IMG/VR virus record: IMGVR_UViG_3300042475_000814
Span: 1 to 58,312 of that record
Source: a virus
Lineage: Duplodnaviria; Caudoviricetes
Reading direction: 5' to 3' (one strand)
Length of the DNA stretch: 58,312 nt
The translations under genes were made by a program, and so were the position numbers. Every line of letters starts with the position of its first letter. The stretch's first letter is position 1. Below are positions 56,603-58,312 of this stretch, in pieces. Below the pieces are notes generated by a model. The model was not told the DNA's origin and made no database searches. It was given only the letters and a program-made list of their open reading frames with translations.

Positions 56603-57369
56603 CATTCGAATCGTTTGCAAAAAAGCACGGGCTTATTATTGAAGATGTTGTAATGGATAAGTGGATGCGTGTCCCAACTCAGGACAAGCCAAACAAACGT
56701 AATGGTGCATACATATGGGATGGTAGGAATGGTGCGATCATTAACTTTGCCAAGCATGAGAATCACATAATCTATAAAGATGATGTGACTAGGTATGACC
56801 CGTTTATCCAAGAGAAGATAAGAAAATCAGAAAAAGATAAACTCGATAAACAACTCAAGGCCAAGAGGAAAGCGGTCTTTATTGTGACTAGTGCGGTGCA
56901 AGCAGAACATCCGTATTTAGAGAAAAAGGGTTTCAGTAAAGGGCTTGTATGGAATAGCCTTTTAGTCGTCCCGATGCGGATTGATGGAGACTTAGTGGGT
57001 TGCCAACTCATCACGCCTGACGGGGATAAGAAGTTTCTAACAGGGCAATTAACCAAGGGCGCATCTCTCACGATAGACAATAAGGGTAGGGATATACTCG
57101 TAGAGGGATTGGCAACGGGCTTGAGTGTCCGCCAAGTCCTCAAAGAACATAACAAGAGATATACAATTCACATTTGTTTTTCTGCATCTAATATGCTGGA
57201 GATAGCCAAGGGCAAGCATAACCCGCTAGTCATCGCAGACCATGATGAGATAGGAATAAAAACTGCCCAAAAAATCGGGCAGTATTGGCTAAGTGATACA
57301 GAGGGAGAAGACTTCAATGATGCGCACCAGCGTGGATACATAGGCAATATTATTGAACTGTTGGAGTGA
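56599..57369 (+). CDS. TOPRIM primase-like protein
   Basis: HPYLEKKG, LVVPM, EGLATGLS, ADHD, DFND. Confidence 0.85.
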   Translation: MTFESFAKKHGLIIEDVVMDKWMRVPTQDKPNKRNGAYIWDGRNGAIINFAKHENHIIYKDDVTRYDPFIQEKIRKSEKDKLDKQLKAKRKAVFIVTSAVQAEHPYLEKKGFSKGLVWNSLLVVPMRIDGDLVGCQLITPDGDKKFLTGQLTKGASLTIDNKGRDILVEGLATGLSVRQVLKEHNKRYTIHICFSASNMLEIAKGKHNPLVIADHDEIGIKTAQKIGQYWLSDTEGEDFNDAHQRGYIGNIIELLE

Positions 57370-57541
57370 GAGGCTGGCTTGCTATAGCACCTCCCTCCGA
57401 GTAATAAACATCTTCCATGAACAAGGCGGTTTGTATGATTCTATGTGCGAGTGCGTGTGCTTTACCATCTGCACCTAAAGACTCTGCCGTGATGCTAATG
57501 TTATCACCTTGATCTTGCAAGTAGATTATAGTTAATCCCAC
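57350..57541 (-). CDS. Hypothetical protein
   Basis: ORF track. Confidence 0.55.
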   Translation of the reverse strand: MGLTIIYLQDQGDNISITAESLGADGKAHALAHRIIQTALFMEDVYYSEGGAIASQPLTPTVQ

Positions 57542-57828
57542 AGAACTCCTTTCAGGTATTTCCTACCTTTTTCGGTAATTCTACACCTTTTCTCCCGTGT
57601 ATCTGAGGGCTTTTCTATGATGGTGATTAGGTTAGCATCCTTTAGTGATATTAGGGCTTTGTGGAGTGTTGCTTGCCCGCCTATGCCCATGTCCCTACCC
57701 TGTTTAATAATCTGCATAACAGTCGCGCGCCATTCCTCTACTTCGAGATAAACGATATCAAGTAGTATCTCCGCTTGCTGGCTTATCCCCATTTTCTTCC
57801 TGTGCGTAAAGTGTTTTATAGGATTCAT
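57532..57828 (-). CDS. MarR-like winged-helix protein
   Basis: ATLHKALISL.DANLI....DTREK...ITEKGRKY. Confidence 0.7.
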   Translation of the reverse strand: MNPIKHFTHRKKMGISQQAEILLDIVYLEVEEWRATVMQIIKQGRDMGIGGQATLHKALISLKDANLITIIEKPSDTREKRCRITEKGRKYLKGVLWD

Positions 57829-58124
57829 GCAATAACCCCGCTTGCACCTTCAATGTAGTTTTGTTTCTTAACATCGAAAAAACTAAATGTTTCCCATGTT
57901 TTTCCATCTTCAGACGGGTCGATTACCATTTCATAACTTCGTGTATTAATCCAAAAATTATGATGTTTGCGTTCTTTCTCTTCCGCACCTGATTTATCTA
58001 ACATATCGCTAATTGCGCCATCTGTTCCATCATTAATAATAATCCAATACTCTTGCTCAAGATTAAAGATTAATGTAATGGTTACACGATTGGTAAGCCT
58101 TACATGATGTATTGTTGCTTTCAT
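57825..58124 (-). CDS. Hypothetical protein
   Basis: ORF track. Confidence 0.6.
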   Translation of the reverse strand: MKATIHHVRLTNRVTITLIFNLEQEYWIIINDGTDGAISDMLDKSGAEEKERKHHNFWINTRSYEMVIDPSEDGKTWETFSFFDVKKQNYIEGASGVIA

Positions 58125-58297
58125 ACTTCCTCCTTAATATCTAAATCATATTTTTCTTGTAACTGCTCATCGCTATAACTGTTAAATCCACCATCAGCAA
58201 AAAATTCTGTTACATCCTTAATATAGGGATGCCCATTATTTATAAACCATTCAAGTTCATATTTTGTAAGTGCGTAAATTAATTCTTGCCTGTTCAT
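58121..58297 (-). CDS. Small acidic protein (58 aa)
   Basis: Manual translation MNRQELIYALTKYELEWF...KEEV. Confidence 0.6.
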   Translation of the reverse strand: MNRQELIYALTKYELEWFINNGHPYIKDVTEFFADGGFNSYSDEQLQEKYDLDIKEEV

Positions 58298-58312
58298 ACT
58301 TCCCCCCTAATT

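Larger units (their letters stand above)
1..58312. mobile_element. Tailed dsDNA bacteriophage genome, podovirus-like, probably near-complete
   Basis: TerL, portal, capsid, tail, lysis, ejection, recombination and helicase/primase modules; both window ends fall in the same leftward small-gene array; no host genes seen. Confidence 0.95.

Noticed and set aside
58290-58312. Exact circular join of the window ends
   Set aside because: No terminal repeat seen, and joining the ends gives an unusually long overlap with the next gene; some sequence may be missing

Overview
The window looks like a near-complete genome (~58 kb) of a tailed dsDNA phage with podovirus-type organisation; a freshwater betaproteobacterial host is my impression only. 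Layout: (i) 57.5 kb to the end plus 1-6.9 kb, an AT-rich leftward array of tiny early genes (YubB-like, ArdC-like, acidic peptides); (ii) 7.0-46.3 kb, a rightward late operon with TerS, a LexA-like DNA-binding domain, TerL, portal, GroES-like protein, scaffold, capsid, a cluster of small Lys-rich proteins, tail genes, a tail fibre with an S74 chaperone, a lysis cassette (GH108), ejection proteins and a 2454-aa polyvalent protein; (iii) 46.3-53.1 kb, a leftward recombination/accessory operon (PD-(D/E)XK nuclease, ERF, an RNAP alpha-CTD-like protein); (iv) 53.2-57.4 kb, a rightward replication module (nuclease, ~750 bp of structured non-coding DNA, ParB-like protein, SF2 helicase, TOPRIM primase). 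I saw no integrase, DNA/RNA polymerase, tRNA or CRISPR array. The strongest unexplained signals are: three exact copies of a perfect 16-bp palindrome GTGGTAACGTTACCAC inside coding regions, one of them inside the ParA-less ParB-like gene (candidate phage ParB/parS-type system); unrelated small proteins sharing a conserved C-terminal tag (VSSASKRADGCAx[KR]GKT) plus a recurrent hydrophobic-x-x-G-G motif also found in the ejection proteins; several structured RNA candidates; and a GATC-depleted, CCCGY-polarised early region. All family calls come from motif recognition by eye, and all counts are manual; no database search was run.
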